A stretch of DNA of 63,959 nucleotides, filler included, from Lama guanicoe (Eukaryota): NCBI GenBank assembly GCA_013239625.1. It is 76 parts of 76 records of this genome, joined end to end, with 100 filler letters (N's around TTAATTAATTAA, not from the genome) between each part and the next. Parts side by side here need not be neighbours in the genome. Positions count along the whole stretch, not along the records: positions 26,452 to 26,863 come from PNXV01014326.1; positions 26,964 to 27,903 come from MU055526.1; positions 28,004 to 29,118 come from MU055527.1; positions 29,219 to 29,998 come from PNXV01014332.1; positions 30,099 to 31,186 come from MU055528.1; positions 31,287 to 31,750 come from PNXV01014335.1; positions 31,851 to 32,778 come from PNXV01014338.1; positions 32,879 to 33,338 come from PNXV01014342.1; 68 more parts are not named here. One strand, given 5' to 3'. Within the stretch, counting starts at the first letter, position 1. Every line of letters starts with the position of its first letter. A program made the translations under genes and the position numbers. Shown here one piece after another: positions 26,452-40,557 of this stretch. A model generated the notes under the pieces. That model ran no database searches, had not been told where the DNA came from, and saw only the letters and a list, made by a program, of their open reading frames with translations.

Positions 26452-26720
26452 GTCCAAAACTGCTAATTTATTCCTCTCCCACCCCCTTTCCCCTTTGGTA
26501 TCGATCAGTTTGTTTTCTATGTCTGTGAGTCTATTTCTGTTTCGTAAATAAGTTCATTTGTATCGTATTTTAGAATCCACATATTAAGTGATATCCTATA
26601 GGATTTGTCTTTCACTGTCTGACTTACCTCACTCAGTACGGTAATCTCTAGGTCCCTCCATGTTGCTGCAAATGGCATTATTTCATTCTTTTTTATGGCT
26701 GAGTCGTATTCCATTAACAT
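26452..26720 (-). mobile_element. L1 ORF2 end and 3'UTR
   Basis: [32 protein letters not shown]. Confidence 0.92.
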
Positions 26721-26963
26721 TATATGTTACCATGTAAGATGGCAGTTTTAAACATCAAGACCCATGACCAATTAGTAACAAATTGGAATTGTTGTAATAA
26801 TTTAGTTTCGGCCATCTTCTGAACTAATAATCCATTTGATTAACAATTGGGGAGAATTAGATCNNNNNNNNNNNNNNNNNNNNNNNNNNNNNNNNNNNNN
26901 NNNNNNNTTAATTAATTAANNNNNNNNNNNNNNNNNNNNNNNNNNNNNNNNNNNNNNNNNNNN

Positions 26964-27903
<940 letters not shown>

Positions 27904-28003
27904 NNNNNNNNNNNNNNNNNNNNNNNNNNNNNNNNNNNNNNNNNNNNTTAATTAATTAANNNNNNNNNNNNNNNNNNNNNNNNNNNNNNNNNNNNNNNNN
28001 NNN

Positions 28004-29118
28004 GGTGATAGTGGGCATCCTTGTCTTGTCCCAGATTTTACTGGGAAGCTTTGAGTTTGTCACTGTTGAGTAGTATGCTGGCTGTAGGTTTGTCATATAT
28101 AGCTTTTATTATGTTGAGATATGTTCCCTCTATACCCACTTNNNNNNNNNNNNNNNNNNNNNNNNNNNNNNNNNNNNNNNNNNNNNNNNNNNNNNNNNNN
28201 NNNNNNNNNNNNNNNNNNNNNNNNNNNNNNNNNNNNNNNNNNNNNNNNNNNNNNNNNNNNNNNNNNNNNNNNNNNNNNNNNNNNNNNNNNNNNNNNNNNN
28301 NNNNNNNNNNNNNNNNNNNNNNNNNNNNNNNNNNNNNNNNNNNNNNNNNNNNNNNNNNNNNNNNNNNNNNNNNNNNNNNNNNNNNNNNNNNNNNNNNNNN
28401 NNNNNNNNNNNNNNNNNNNNNNNNNNNNNNNNNNNNNNNNNNNNNNNNNNNNNNNNNNNNNNNNNNNNNNNNNNNNNNNNNNNNNNNNNNNNNNNNNNNN
28501 NNNNNNNNNNNNNNNNNNNNNNNNNNNNNNNNNNNNNNNNNNNNNNNNNNNNNNNNNNNNNNNNNNNNNNNNNNNNNNNNNNNNNNNNNNNNNNNNNNNN
28601 NNNNNNNNNNNNNNNNNNNNNNNNNNNNNNNNNNNNNNNNNNNNNNNNNNNNNNNNNNNNNNNNNNNNNNNNNNNNNNNNNNNNNNNNNNNNNNNNNNNN
28701 NNNNNNNNNNNNNNNNNNNNNNNNNNNNNNNNNNNNNNNNNNNNNNNNNNNNNNNNNNNNNNNNNNNNNNNNNNNNNNNNNNNNNNNNNNNNNNNNNNNN
28801 NNNNNNNNNNNNNNNNNNNNNNNNNNNNNNNNNNNNNNNNNNNNNNNNNNNNNNNNNNNNNNNNNNNNNNNNNNNNNNNNNNNNNNNNNNNNNNNCAGCT
28901 TTTGGTTTGGTTGATTTTTTCTATGGTCTTGTGAATCTCTATTGTATTTAATTCCTCTCTGATCTTTATTATTTCCTTCCTTCTGCTGCTTTTTGGGGCT
29001 TTTTGTTTTTCTTTTTCTAATTCATTCAGGTGGTGGGTTAACATGTTTATTTGAGATTGTTCTTGTTTCTTGAGGAAGGCGTGTATCGCTATAAACTTCC
29101 CTCTTAGCACTGCCTTTG
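28004..29118 (-). mobile_element. Young L1 ORF2 fragment (gapped)
   Basis: LRGKFIAIHAFLKKQEQSQINMLTHHLNELEKEKQKAPKSSRRKEIIKIREE and the KSGTRQGCP region. Confidence 0.93.
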
Positions 29119-30963
29119 NNNNNNNNNNNNNNNNNNNNNNNNNNNNNNNNNNNNNNNNNNNNTTAATTAATTAANNNNNNNNNNNNNNNNNNNNNNNNNN
29201 NNNNNNNNNNNNNNNNNNCCCTGGGTGGACAGGGAGATGGACAGTCTGGCTGCCCAGGTGAGATACAGCCCTTCCCTGGCCACTGAGAGGAGAGGCTCCT
29301 TTGGGATCAGGGTCATGGGTGTGTGGGAGGAAGGCCACAGAGACCTCCAGCACTGGAAGGTGGTGAATGGTCCTCGTGTGGTCAGGAAGGAGCACCTGGT
29401 GGTATGGTGCTGGATCAGCCGTGCTGGTGTGGGGCTAGGGGAGCTTGGGGTGGCGGGTGGGCCCCAGGACCTGGCCACTGGTAGGGGAGGGGCCCAGAGA
29501 AGGAGGTGGCGGCCACCCATTTTCCCTCAGGAGCCGTTGTTCCTGCTCACCTGTGTTGTACTAACCTAACTGGGTATGGGGACACTGAGGGGTTGCAAAC
29601 TCGCTGAGGCATCAGAGGATACAGCTGCCTCCAATCGCCACCCCACAGCTTGCGAAGAGGGTGGATGAGGGTGGGGGTGAGGGCTGCTGGAACTTCCAGT
29701 GCGACCAGGAAGGGCTGTCCAGTTCAGAACAGCAGAGACAGGAAAGTCCCAAGCAGGTTCTGCATGTGGCCCTGGTCAGGCATGTGTAGGGGTGGGGATA
29801 GCTGGATGACCAGGAGGAGCGGGTGGGGCCCTTACAGGTGCACTGCCCAGGTGTGATCAAGTAGATACTCTCTAAGAAACGGCAGAGTGGTGTGGTTGTC
29901 GGCCAGCTCCCCTCACACCTATCTGGGTTTTACCTCCTGTGTTGGTCCCACCGCCTCCTTGGTGTTGGGGTTGGGGGTCAGGGGAGGGTCCTGGGCCGNN
30001 NNNNNNNNNNNNNNNNNNNNNNNNNNNNNNNNNNNNNNNNNNTTAATTAATTAANNNNNNNNNNNNNNNNNNNNNNNNNNNNNNNNNNNNNNNNNNNNGA
30101 GCCTGGCACTACTGAGCCCACACTCACTCTGAGGAGTGGGCTTTTTGACAGTATGCAAACAAAGAAACTCAGGCTCACAGAAAGGGCATTACTGCTCAAG
30201 GTTACACGAGCAGTGGGTATAGGTTTAAATAAAGATCTGTTTTCCTTCAAGGTAAGACCTCTAACCCAAATCAATGCCCTCGAAAGCGTATAGGTAGCAC
30301 CAGAGGATGAGGAGGACATTCTGCCCGAGGAACAAGGGGCACTGAGGAGGCAGGGAGGACTCCGTGACTTGTTCCCAGGAGGTGGGGTGGACGCTGTTGC
30401 AAGAAAAAGAGAAGTAGAGATGGGGGCAGCGATGGAAATACACCCACACTCCGGGGCCAGGAGAGGAGTCGTGGTTCCTGCCCTTACTTCCCGGTGCTTC
30501 TCCTCTGTGCTCATTGCCCCCTTCACCTCCACCGAGCTGTAGTCAGACGTTCGATGTGCGTCTCTGCTGATCTGAGCTCTGCAGACCAGCAGGAACCTGC
30601 ATCTGCCCTGAACATGTGAAGGTGACCCGGGTCCATGGTGAGGACCCCGCAGGGCTGNNNNNNNNNNNNNNNNNNNNNNNNNNNNNNNNNNNNNNNNNNN
30701 NNNNNNNNNNNNNNNNNNNNNNNNNNNNNNNNNNNNNNNNNNNNNNNNNNNNNNNNNNNNNNNNNNNNNNNNNNNNNNNNNNNNNNNNNNNNNNNNNNNN
30801 NNNNNNNNNNNNNNNNNNNNNNNNNNNNNNNNNNNNNNNNNNNNNNNNNNNNNNNNNNNNNNNNNNNAGGGAGGACCCCCCGCGAACACACCCTGTGGGT
30901 CTCCGTGCTGAGGGCACCGTGTCTCCTCCATCTGCACAGCCTGGACCACAGGGAGGAGGCGCC

Positions 30964-30997
30964 ATGACCCCCACGCTCACGGCCCTGCTCTGTCTCG
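30964..30997 (+). CDS. LILR: LILR-family receptor, signal-peptide exon 1
   Basis: gccATGACCCCCACGCTCACGGCCCTGCTCTGTCTCG|gtgag encodes MTPTLTALLCL(G); 34-nt exon typical of LILR genes. Confidence 0.92.
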
Positions 30998-31126
30998 GTG
31001 AGATTGAGGAGGGGAGGGCAGTCCTGGGCCTGCTCTGTCAGGAGACCCCGGGGCTCAGGACGCTCAGGGGAAGGGAGGTTCTGCTCAGGGTTTAGGGCGA
31101 CTCTCTCACAGGGACCTCTCTTCCAG

Positions 31127-31162
31127 GGCTGAGTGTCGGCATTAGGACCCAGCTGCAGGCAG
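31127..31162 (+). CDS. LILR: LILR-family receptor, 36-nt signal-peptide exon 2
   Basis: ttccag|GGCTGAGTGTCGGCATTAGGACCCAGCTGCAGGCAG|gtgag encodes (G)LSVGIRTQLQA(G). Confidence 0.92.
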
Positions 31163-31286
31163 GTGAGTCTGTGCCCAGGTGTCCCCNNNNNNNNNNNNNN
31201 NNNNNNNNNNNNNNNNNNNNNNNNNNNNNNTTAATTAATTAANNNNNNNNNNNNNNNNNNNNNNNNNNNNNNNNNNNNNNNNNNNN

Positions 31287-31750
31287 AGGACGGCTTTCAC
31301 ACACATTTATCTCTCAGAACTGAGTATGTGGAGAGTCGTTTTTTCATCCAGCACAAATTGAACAGGTTGCAGGAGAAACACTTACTCTGGTTTCTCAGTG
31401 TGTTTCCTAGTGCCGGTTTGAAGTGCCTTCCGTTTTCACTGTAAAACCGAGTTGGAGCTTGTACATCCCCATTTGTATGTATGGAGTGGAGTTGGCAACT
31501 GAAAAGAAAGTTTGTGTTCCCTTCAAGCTAGGTGAAGGACGGCTTTCACACACACTTATCTCTCAGAACTGAGCATGTGGAGAGACGTTCATTCATCCAG
31601 CACAAAGGGAGCGGGTTGCCGGAGAAACACTTACTCTGGTTTCTCAGTCTGTTTCCTAGTGACCGGTTTGCCTGCCGTGTTCATTGTAAAACCTAGTTGG
31701 GGCTTGTACCTCTCCCTATATATGTATGGAGTGGAGTTGGCAACTGAAAA
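31287..31750 (-). repeat. Family B satellite, 249-bp period
   Basis: aggacggctttcacacaca at 31287 and 31536. Confidence 0.93.
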
Positions 31751-31850
31751 NNNNNNNNNNNNNNNNNNNNNNNNNNNNNNNNNNNNNNNNNNNNTTAATT
31801 AATTAANNNNNNNNNNNNNNNNNNNNNNNNNNNNNNNNNNNNNNNNNNNN

Positions 31851-32778
31851 AAATAAGAAGACAAACAATTCCATTTGAAATGGGCAAATGATAGAACAAT
31901 ATATTTTTGAAAAGAAGAGATATGAATATCTAATAAGCACTTGAAAAGATGCTCAACATCATTTGTCATTGGGAGATACACATTAAAACCGAAGTGAGAT
32001 GCCACTACGTACCCTTTAGAATGATGGATATTATTTTTTTAATTGAAGTATAGTTAGTTACAATGTGTCAATTTCTGTTGTACAGCATGATGTCACAGTC
32101 ACGCATGTACATACATATATTTGTTTTCATATTCTTTTTCATTAAAGGTTATTACAAGGTATTGAATATAGTTCTCTGTGCTATACATTGTTTTTATCTA
32201 TTTTTATATATTGTAGTTAACATTTGTGAATCTCAAACTCCCAAATTTATCCCTTCCCACCCCTTTTCCCCCAGTAACCGTAATAACATTATTTACTATG
32301 TCTGTGAGTTTGTTTCTGTTTTATAGATGAGTTCATTGGGGTCCTCTTTTTTCTGTTTCTTTTTTTTTAAATTCCACATATGAATGATATCCTATGGTAT
32401 TGTTCTTTCTCTTTCTGGTTTACTTCACTTGGAATGACGTTCTCCAGGTCCATCCATGTTGCTGCAAATGGCATTATTTTATTTGTTTTTCTCATTGAGC
32501 AGTATTCCATTGTATAAATATACCACAACTTTTTTTTTAACATTTTTTAATTGAGTAATAGTCATTTTACAATGTGTCAAATTCCAGTGTAGAGCACAAT
32601 TCTTCAGTCATATATGAACATACGTATATTCATTGTCACATTTTTTTTTCACTGTGAGCTACCACAAGATCTTGTATATATTTCCCTGTGTTATACATTA
32701 TGATCTTGTTTATCTATTCTACATTTTAAAATCCCACTCTGTCCCTTCCCATCCTCTGCCCCCTTGGCAACCACAAGT
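31851..32778. mobile_element. Nested L1 fragments: old ORF2 piece (+), L1 3' end (-, from ~32030), second L1 3' end (-, from ~32530)
   Basis: Two T-rich tail starts (ttttttaattgaagtatag; tttttttttaacattttttaattgag), each followed by L1 3'UTR sequence. Confidence 0.8.
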
Positions 32779-33079
32779 NNNNNNNNNNNNNNNNNNNNNN
32801 NNNNNNNNNNNNNNNNNNNNNNTTAATTAATTAANNNNNNNNNNNNNNNNNNNNNNNNNNNNNNNNNNNNNNNNNNNNGGGGGAAAGAGGTACATGAAGC
32901 AAAGAAGTAAGAGTACTGCCATGGAAAAGCAAGATGTTAGTTTTTTTCTTCCTTGCACCACATACAAATTAGGGACTTGCTTTCCGCTGATGACTTATCG
33001 AGCACTGAGTTGCAGAAGAAGAGGCGACAGCTCATTTCTCACTGAGCTTGTGACTGTACGTGGCATCTTATAGACACAA

Positions 33080-33260
33080 ATCATTTACCCTGATCAAACA
33101 CTCTAGCAGCAGGCAGTAATTCTCCTGTTTTGAGAGACAAGAAAGCAGGAGTTCAAACAGGATATATAACTTGACAAAAGTCAGAGGACCAGTAAACTAA
33201 AGAGGATGAATTCAAACTCAGAGTTGAATGCAGAATCTGATCTTCCCACTCCCAGGACTG
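33080..33260 (-). mobile_element. MIR fragment
   Basis: gagagacaagaaagcaggagttc...aacttgacaaaagtcaga...gaattcaaactcag. Confidence 0.55.
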
Positions 33261-33438
33261 GAAAATCGTTAACACACAGGCTCCCCAGTTCCCCTGCAGT
33301 GTTCCTGGCACCAAGCATTTCCCATGGTAGTGGTCACCNNNNNNNNNNNNNNNNNNNNNNNNNNNNNNNNNNNNNNNNNNNNTTAATTAATTAANNNNNN
33401 NNNNNNNNNNNNNNNNNNNNNNNNNNNNNNNNNNNNNN

Positions 33439-34209
33439 TTCTTGTTCTGTGAAATATGTCCTGGGTAATTTGATAGGGGTTGCATTACATCTGTAGACTG
33501 CCTTGGGCAGTGTGACCATTTTAACAATATTTATTCTTCCAATCCAAGAGCATGGAATATCTTTCCACTTTTTGAAGTCTTCTTTAATTTCCTTCATCAG
33601 TGGTTTATAGTTTTCTGTGTATAATTCTTTCACCTCACCTCTTTGGTAAGATTTCTTCCTAGGTATTTTATTGCTTTGGGTGCTATTTTAAAGGGGATTT
33701 TTTCATTACTTTCTTTTTCTGTTGATTCATCATTAGTGTAAAGAAGTGCAAATGATTTTTCAATGTTAATCTTGTAACCTGCTACTTTGCTGAATTCTTC
33801 CATCAGCTCCAGTAGTTTTTGTGTGGACCTTTTAGGGTTTTCTATAAATAGTAATGTCAACAGCATGTAGTGACACTTTTACCTCTTCGTTTCCAATTTG
33901 GATCCCTTTTATTTCTCTCTCTTGCCTGACTGCTGTGGCTAGGATTTCCAAGTCTCTGTTGAATAGGAGTAGTGATACTGGGCAGCCTTGTCTTGTCCCA
34001 GATTTTAGTGGGAAGCTTTTGAGTTTTTCACCATTGAGTACTATGCTGGCTGTAGGTTTGTCATATATAGCTTTTATTATGTTGAGATAATGCTGGCTGT
34101 TGTCATATATAGCTTTTATTATGTTGAGATATGATCCCTCTGTATGCACTTTGGTGAGATTTTGTATCATAAATGGGTGTTGAATTTTATCAAATGCTTT
34201 TTCTGCATC
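33439..34209 (-). mobile_element. L1 ORF2 reverse-transcriptase region, inactive
   Basis: [29 protein letters not shown]; the YADD motif is destroyed, with frameshifts and an internal ~45-bp duplication at 34043-34130. Confidence 0.93.
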
Positions 34210-34544
34210 NNNNNNNNNNNNNNNNNNNNNNNNNNNNNNNNNNNNNNNNNNNNTTAATTAATTAANNNNNNNNNNNNNNNNNNNNNNNNNNNNNNNNNNN
34301 NNNNNNNNNATCCTAGGAAATGACAGGGATGCAGGAGCATCTGGTGAACACTAACTCTACCACAAGTGTACTACTTTTAGAGAATAAAATATTCTTTATA
34401 AAGGATGCTATTAACATCAAGATATTCATAGATTTCTGAGTGTTTGATTATGGTTAATTTCAATTTGTACTTTTCTCCCCTTTCCCAAATACTCCATAAT
34501 ATATAATGTTTCCATAAACTAATTTTAAAAGTATTGAAACTAGT

Positions 34545-35036
34545 CATTGACTCCAAGTCATATTATTATATATATTCTTTTCAAGTGCACATGGAACATT
34601 TTCTAGTATTGATCATGTACTTGGGCACCAAAGAAACCTCAACAACTTTAAGAAGATAGAAATTATCTCAAGCATCTTTACTGACAATAATGCCATGAAA
34701 CTAGAAATCAATTACAGAGAAACAAAGGAGAAAAAAAGGAAAGCATGGAGATTAAACAACATACTATTAAAAAAATAAATGAGTCAATGATGAAATCAAA
34801 TCTCTAGTTAAAAAATACCTTGAGACAAATGAAAATGAAAATACAACCACATGAAATTTATGGGACACAGCAAAGGCATTGCTAAGAGGGAATTTTATAG
34901 TGATACAGGCCTTCCTCATAAAAGAACAATCTCAAATGAACAATCTAACACACCAACTAAAAGAACTAGAAAAAGAAGAGAAAAAAACACAAAAGGCAGC
35001 AGAAGGAAGGAAACTATAAAGATCAGGGAGGAAATA
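34545..35036 (+). mobile_element. L1 ORF2, endonuclease C-terminus/linker
   Basis: ttttcaagtgcacatggaacattttct (FSSAHGTFS) and gacaataatgccatgaaactagaaatc. Confidence 0.9.
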
Positions 35037-36943
35037 NNNNNNNNNNNNNNNNNNNNNNNNNNNNNNNNNNNNNNNNNNNNTTAATTAATTAANNNNNNNN
35101 NNNNNNNNNNNNNNNNNNNNNNNNNNNNNNNNNNNNACCTCACTCCTTTTTCCCACGTGGCCTCCAAGATGTCATGGTCTCAAAGAAGCAGGTGAACAAA
35201 TAACAGTTGGTCGCCAAGCAGTGCTGCTGTAGACGGAGCCCAGCCAAGATCTAAAGGACAGCATCAGGGAGGACTTCCTGAAAGAAATTGGCTCTACATT
35301 CAGTTCTGCGGACAGAGTAAGAGTCAGCCAGGAGAAGGAATCAAGAGGGTGACTCAGGTGGCAGGAGCAGCCCGGGTAGAGGCCTGGAGGCTTGTGGGGT
35401 GGGGACTCGGGGAGACTGCCCTGTGTGGTCCAGGGTGGTGGGTGGCCCTACTTTGAAGGACAATGGAGAGGGCCTAGGGGTGGAGGGCTTTAGAGGAGCT
35501 TGGTTACTACTAGAACTGACACAGAGGAGGCAGTGAAGTGTGTCAGCAGGAAGTGACCCTTAGGAGATCAGCTCTGCCTGTCCTTTTGAGTCCCACCCCT
35601 TCATTCTTTTATTCATAACACACGCAATTCTGAGTGTCTAGGGGAGAGGGGGTGGATCCACAGTAGTAAGCAAAATGTACTTGCTTCTTGAGAGCTTAGC
35701 AGTGTCAGAAGTTGACTTAAATTAAAATGTTCTATTAACACAGCAGGGCACCTAATCCAAAGTGCGGAGGTTGGAGGGAAGGAAGGCTTCCTTGACAAAC
35801 AGTCAAAATGAGCCTGGAGGCTAGTGGGAAGTAGCAGCAGGTCACAGGGCCCCTGAGGTCACTGGGGACCTGGTACTGAGGTGAGGATGGGCAAGCATGG
35901 TCAGGGGTGGGGGTAGAACTCTACCAGGGAGCCTCTGAAGGGTTTGAAGTGGGGGAGATGTANNNNNNNNNNNNNNNNNNNNNNNNNNNNNNNNNNNNNN
36001 NNNNNNTTAATTAATTAANNNNNNNNNNNNNNNNNNNNNNNNNNNNNNNNNNNNNNNNNNNNGAGAATCCCAAGGCTGACCAGGGTCACCAGGTACTGAC
36101 ACTCACAGACTCCGCCCAGCAGTCCTGCTGTGTTTCTCTGGTAGTGTTGCTTCCACTCCACAAGACATCTCATGCCTCCCCCTCTGCCTTCCTCTCAACC
36201 GATGACCTTACACGTACTTAACTGAGAAACCGCCTGACGTGACTCTGCCTTTCCCACAACACCCTAACCGCCCTGCATGGCTGCATCCTTCCTTCCTTTC
36301 TCCTCTCGCGATGGTGATGCCTCCACTTACACCCAAAGCTATGTACTTAGTGCTAATTAATCCTCACACTCTCTGATAGAAATTAAGTATTTTTCAAACA
36401 AGAAATTTTTTTCTCCACAACATTCTCCCTAGATCGCTGCTCCCATCTGGTCTGGGTGCTTCCTGGGTTCCTGTCAGCTTCCTTGAACAGGATTCCAGAG
36501 ATCGCTTTTGCCTCTCTTGTGGTTGGATCTCCTATTTCCTGAATCCTTAAAAAAAAAAAAAAGAATTGTCTCCTTTTGCTGCAGCCCATCCTTAAGTAGC
36601 TTCCTGAGCAGTGGTGCACGGGAGGGAAATGCCTTGATTTCCGACATGATCAGTCGGCTGGGTGTAGAACACTAGGTAGCAAACCAGTTTCCCTTAGAAT
36701 CGGAAGGCATTGCTCCTTTGTGCTCTAAGTCCCGGTGGGGCCGGCAAGACGTCCAGACCACCCATTCCACTTTGTTTCTCTCTGGGACCATTTTGAATCT
36801 TTTTGTCCCCATTGTTCTGAAAGTTCCTGTTGATGAGTCTAGGNNNNNNNNNNNNNNNNNNNNNNNNNNNNNNNNNNNNNNNNNNNNTTAATTAATTAAN
36901 NNNNNNNNNNNNNNNNNNNNNNNNNNNNNNNNNNNNNNNNNNN

Positions 36944-38008
36944 TATTCTATTTTCTAAATTCAGTGTTCTGCATATCATGTTCTTAATTCTGTATTCTAT
37001 AGTCTATGTTCTGTGTTCTACATCCTATATTCTAAATTCTATATTCAGTATTCTGTATTTTATAGTCTATATTCTGTATTCTGCNNNNNNNNNNNNNNNN
37101 NNNNNNNNNNNNNNNNNNNNNNNNNNNNNNNNNNNNNNNATTCTGTGTTCTAAATTCTATATTCTGTATTCTATATTCTGCAATCCGAATTCTATATTCT
37201 ATTTTCAGTGTTCTACATTGTATATTCGAAATTCTATGTTCAGTATTCTGTATTCTATATTCTAAATTCTGTGTCTTGCATTCCATGGTTTAAATTCTTG
37301 GTGCTATATTCTCTACTCTATTCTATATTTTGTGTTTTTCATTCTTTATTCTACATTCTATATTCTGCATCCCGTATTCTCTATTCTGTATTNNNNNNNN
37401 NNNNNNNNNNNNNNNNNNNNNNNNNNNNNNNNNNNNNNNNNNNNNNNNNNNNNNNNNNNNNNNNNNNNNNNNNNNNNNNNNNNNNNNNNNNNNNNNNNNN
37501 NNNNNNNNNNNNNNNNNNNNNNNNNNNNNNNNNNNNNNNNNNNNNNNNNNNNNNNNNNNNNNNNNNNNNNNNNNNNNNNNNNNNNNNNNNNNNNNNNNNN
37601 NNNNNNNNNNNNNNNNNNNNNNNNNNNNNNNNNNNNNNNNNNNNNNNNNNNNNNNNNNNNNNNNNNNNNNNNNNNNNNNNNNNNNNNNNNNNNNNNNNNN
37701 NNNNNNNNNNNNNNNNNNNNNNNNNNNNNNNNNNNNNNNNNNNNNNNNNNNNNNNNNNNNNNNNNNNNNNNNNNNNNNNNNNNNNNNNNNNNNNNNNNNN
37801 NNNNNNNNNNNNNNNNNNNNNNNNNNNNNNNNNNNNNNNNNNNNNNNNNNNNNNNTCAGTATTCTGAATACTATATTCTAAATTATGTGTTCTGAATTCC
37901 ATGCTCTAAAGTCCATATTCAGTGTTCTGTATTCTATATTCTAAATTCTGCATTCTGCATTTCATGTTGTAAATTCTGGGTTCTATAATCTCTATTCTAT
38001 ATTCTATT
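36944..38008 (-). repeat. Heptamer satellite
   Basis: (tattcta)n variants. Confidence 0.95.
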
Positions 38009-38957
38009 NNNNNNNNNNNNNNNNNNNNNNNNNNNNNNNNNNNNNNNNNNNNTTAATTAATTAANNNNNNNNNNNNNNNNNNNNNNNNNNNNNNNNNNNN
38101 NNNNNNNNGAAGAGATAAACAAGTACCTGAATAGTTATATGATAAAGGTATGTACTAGCTACTAACAGAGTACAATGGAAGAAACATTTAACTCTACTGA
38201 GGGTAGTTCAGAGGAGAGTTACAGTAGGATAATATGGAGCAATTCTGAAAAATCTTCAAAATAAATAACAAGCTAATAGGAAACAGGCAAGAACATTCTG
38301 AGCAAAGATTTGAGATTAAAAAAATTTAAAGCATTTGAACAATTGTAAATAGTTCAGCTTAATTACATGGTTATAGCTTGTTTCACATTTCAAGATTTAG
38401 CTTAACTTTCACTGATGTACCTTTTCACCTTTATTTTACATTCCTGTAGTAATTAACAAATCATATTGCTTTTGCCCTCTCATTGTCTGTATTAATATTT
38501 TCTCTCCTGAGCTTTAATCTGTACAGTAAAAAGAAGAGCATAATTCCTTCTTATAAGCAAATGCTCATGCAGTTCNNNNNNNNNNNNNNNNNNNNNNNNN
38601 NNNNNNNNNNNNNNNNNNNTTAATTAATTAANNNNNNNNNNNNNNNNNNNNNNNNNNNNNNNNNNNNNNNNNNNNCAGGAACATACAGAGTGTTTTTTGT
38701 CTTGTTTCTGTTCTCTGTAGGATGTGTTTGAGTTTGTGTTCTTATCAGTTAAAATAAACAAATATAGTATGTGTCAATATACATACAAAACAAGGTAATG
38801 ATAAGTCAAAAGCTTACAATGAAGTCACAAAGACATAAAGAAACCAAGGTAATAAAATGAAACTGATCAAGCCACAAAAACAAAAAGAAATGAACAAAAA
38901 NNNNNNNNNNNNNNNNNNNNNNNNNNNNNNNNNNNNNNNNNNNNNNNNNNNNNNNNN

Positions 38958-39433
38958 TATCACAATTGTTAATGGACTTAGTGCTTCAAACAAAAGATAT
39001 ATAGTCATATGTGATAATATAACAAGACCCTACATTATGAAGCATAGAGGAGACCCACTTTAGTAAGAGGAACACACATCCACTGAAAGTCAGAAGGTGG
39101 AAAAATATATTCCAGCAAATGCATATGACAAGAAAGCAGGACTAGCAGTATTGACTTCACAAAAAGAGACTTTACAAACTGACCATAGAGAAAGATAAAC
39201 AGGGACATGATATAATGATTAAAGGAACAAATCAAAATGAGGGTATTATACTCATTAAGATATATGCACTCAATATAGGAGCAATTAAATACATAAAGCA
39301 AACACTAATAGATAAAAATAGAGAAATCCCTGGGAACACAGTCAAATTAGGAGACTATAACCCCCCATTACCATCACTGGACTCGTCTTTCACACAGAAA
39401 ATTAAAAAGGGATCAAAGATACTAAAATAAATT
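38958..39433 (+). mobile_element. L1 ORF2 endonuclease N-terminus, degenerate
   Basis: ITIVNGL..., MIKGTNQNEGIILIKIYALNIGAIKYIKQTL...GDYNPPL. Confidence 0.85.
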
Positions 39434-39533
39434 NNNNNNNNNNNNNNNNNNNNNNNNNNNNNNNNNNNNNNNNNNNNTTAATTAATTAANNNNNNNNNNN
39501 NNNNNNNNNNNNNNNNNNNNNNNNNNNNNNNNN

Positions 39534-40457
39534 TCAGTCTTCTGGAAGAGTTTGAGAAGTACTGGTATGAGTTCTTCTTTGTGTGTTTGTTAGAATTCCC
39601 CGGTGAAACCACCTGGCCCTGGACTTTTATATTTAGGGAGGTTTTGTATTGTTAATTCGATTTCATTTCTAGTGATTAGTTTTTTCAAGTGGTCTTGATT
39701 CAGTCTTGGTGGCCTGTATGTTTCCAGAAACTTGTCCGTCTCCTCTAGATTATTCATTTTGTTTCCATATAGTTGTTCATAGTATTCTTGTATGATATTC
39801 TGTATTTCTATTTTTTTTGTAATTTCTCCATTTTCCTTTCTTATTTTGCTTATTTGTGCTCTCTTTTTTCTTCTTTGTGAGCTTGGCCAGAGGTTTGTTG
39901 ATTTTATTTACTCTTTCTAAAAAAACAGTTCTTGGTTTGACTGATTTTTTTCTATTTTTTAAATCTCTATTTTATTTCCTCCCTGATCTTTATTATTTCC
40001 TTCCTTCTNNNNNNNNNNNNNNNNNNNNNNNNNNNNNNNNNNNNNNNNNNNNNNNNNNNNNNNNNNNNNNNNNNNNNNNNNNNNNNNNNNNNNNNNNNNN
40101 NNNNNNNNNNNNNNNNNNNNNNNNNNNNNNNNNNNNNNNNNNNNNNNNNNNNNNNNNNNNNNNNNNNNNNNNNNNNNNNNNNNNNNNNNNNNNNNNNNNN
40201 NNNNNNNNNNNNNNNNNNNNNNNNNNNNNNNNNNNNNNNNNNNNNNNNNNNNNNNTTGATTTCATAACCCACTGTTTTTTTAGTAACATGTTTTTTAATC
40301 TCCATGCTGTCATTGTTTTCTCCTTTGTTTTTCTGTAGATGATTTCTAGTTTCATGGCACTGTGGTCAAAAAAGATGCTTGAGATAATTCCTATCTTCTT
40401 AAAATTGATGAGGCTTCTTTTGTGCCCAAGTACATGATGAATCCTAGAAAATGTTCC
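39534..40457 (-). mobile_element. L1 ORF2 fragment
   Basis: RRKEIIKIREEI, MKLEI and the PGPGGFTGEF region. Confidence 0.9.
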
Positions 40458-40557
40458 NNNNNNNNNNNNNNNNNNNNNNNNNNNNNNNNNNNNNNNNNNN
40501 NTTAATTAATTAANNNNNNNNNNNNNNNNNNNNNNNNNNNNNNNNNNNNNNNNNNNN

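Noticed and set aside
29219..29660. Possible small exons (WVDREMDSLAAQ|gtgag and ccacag|LAKRVDE)
   Set aside because: Splice-like signals are present but the pieces are too short to assign to any gene.
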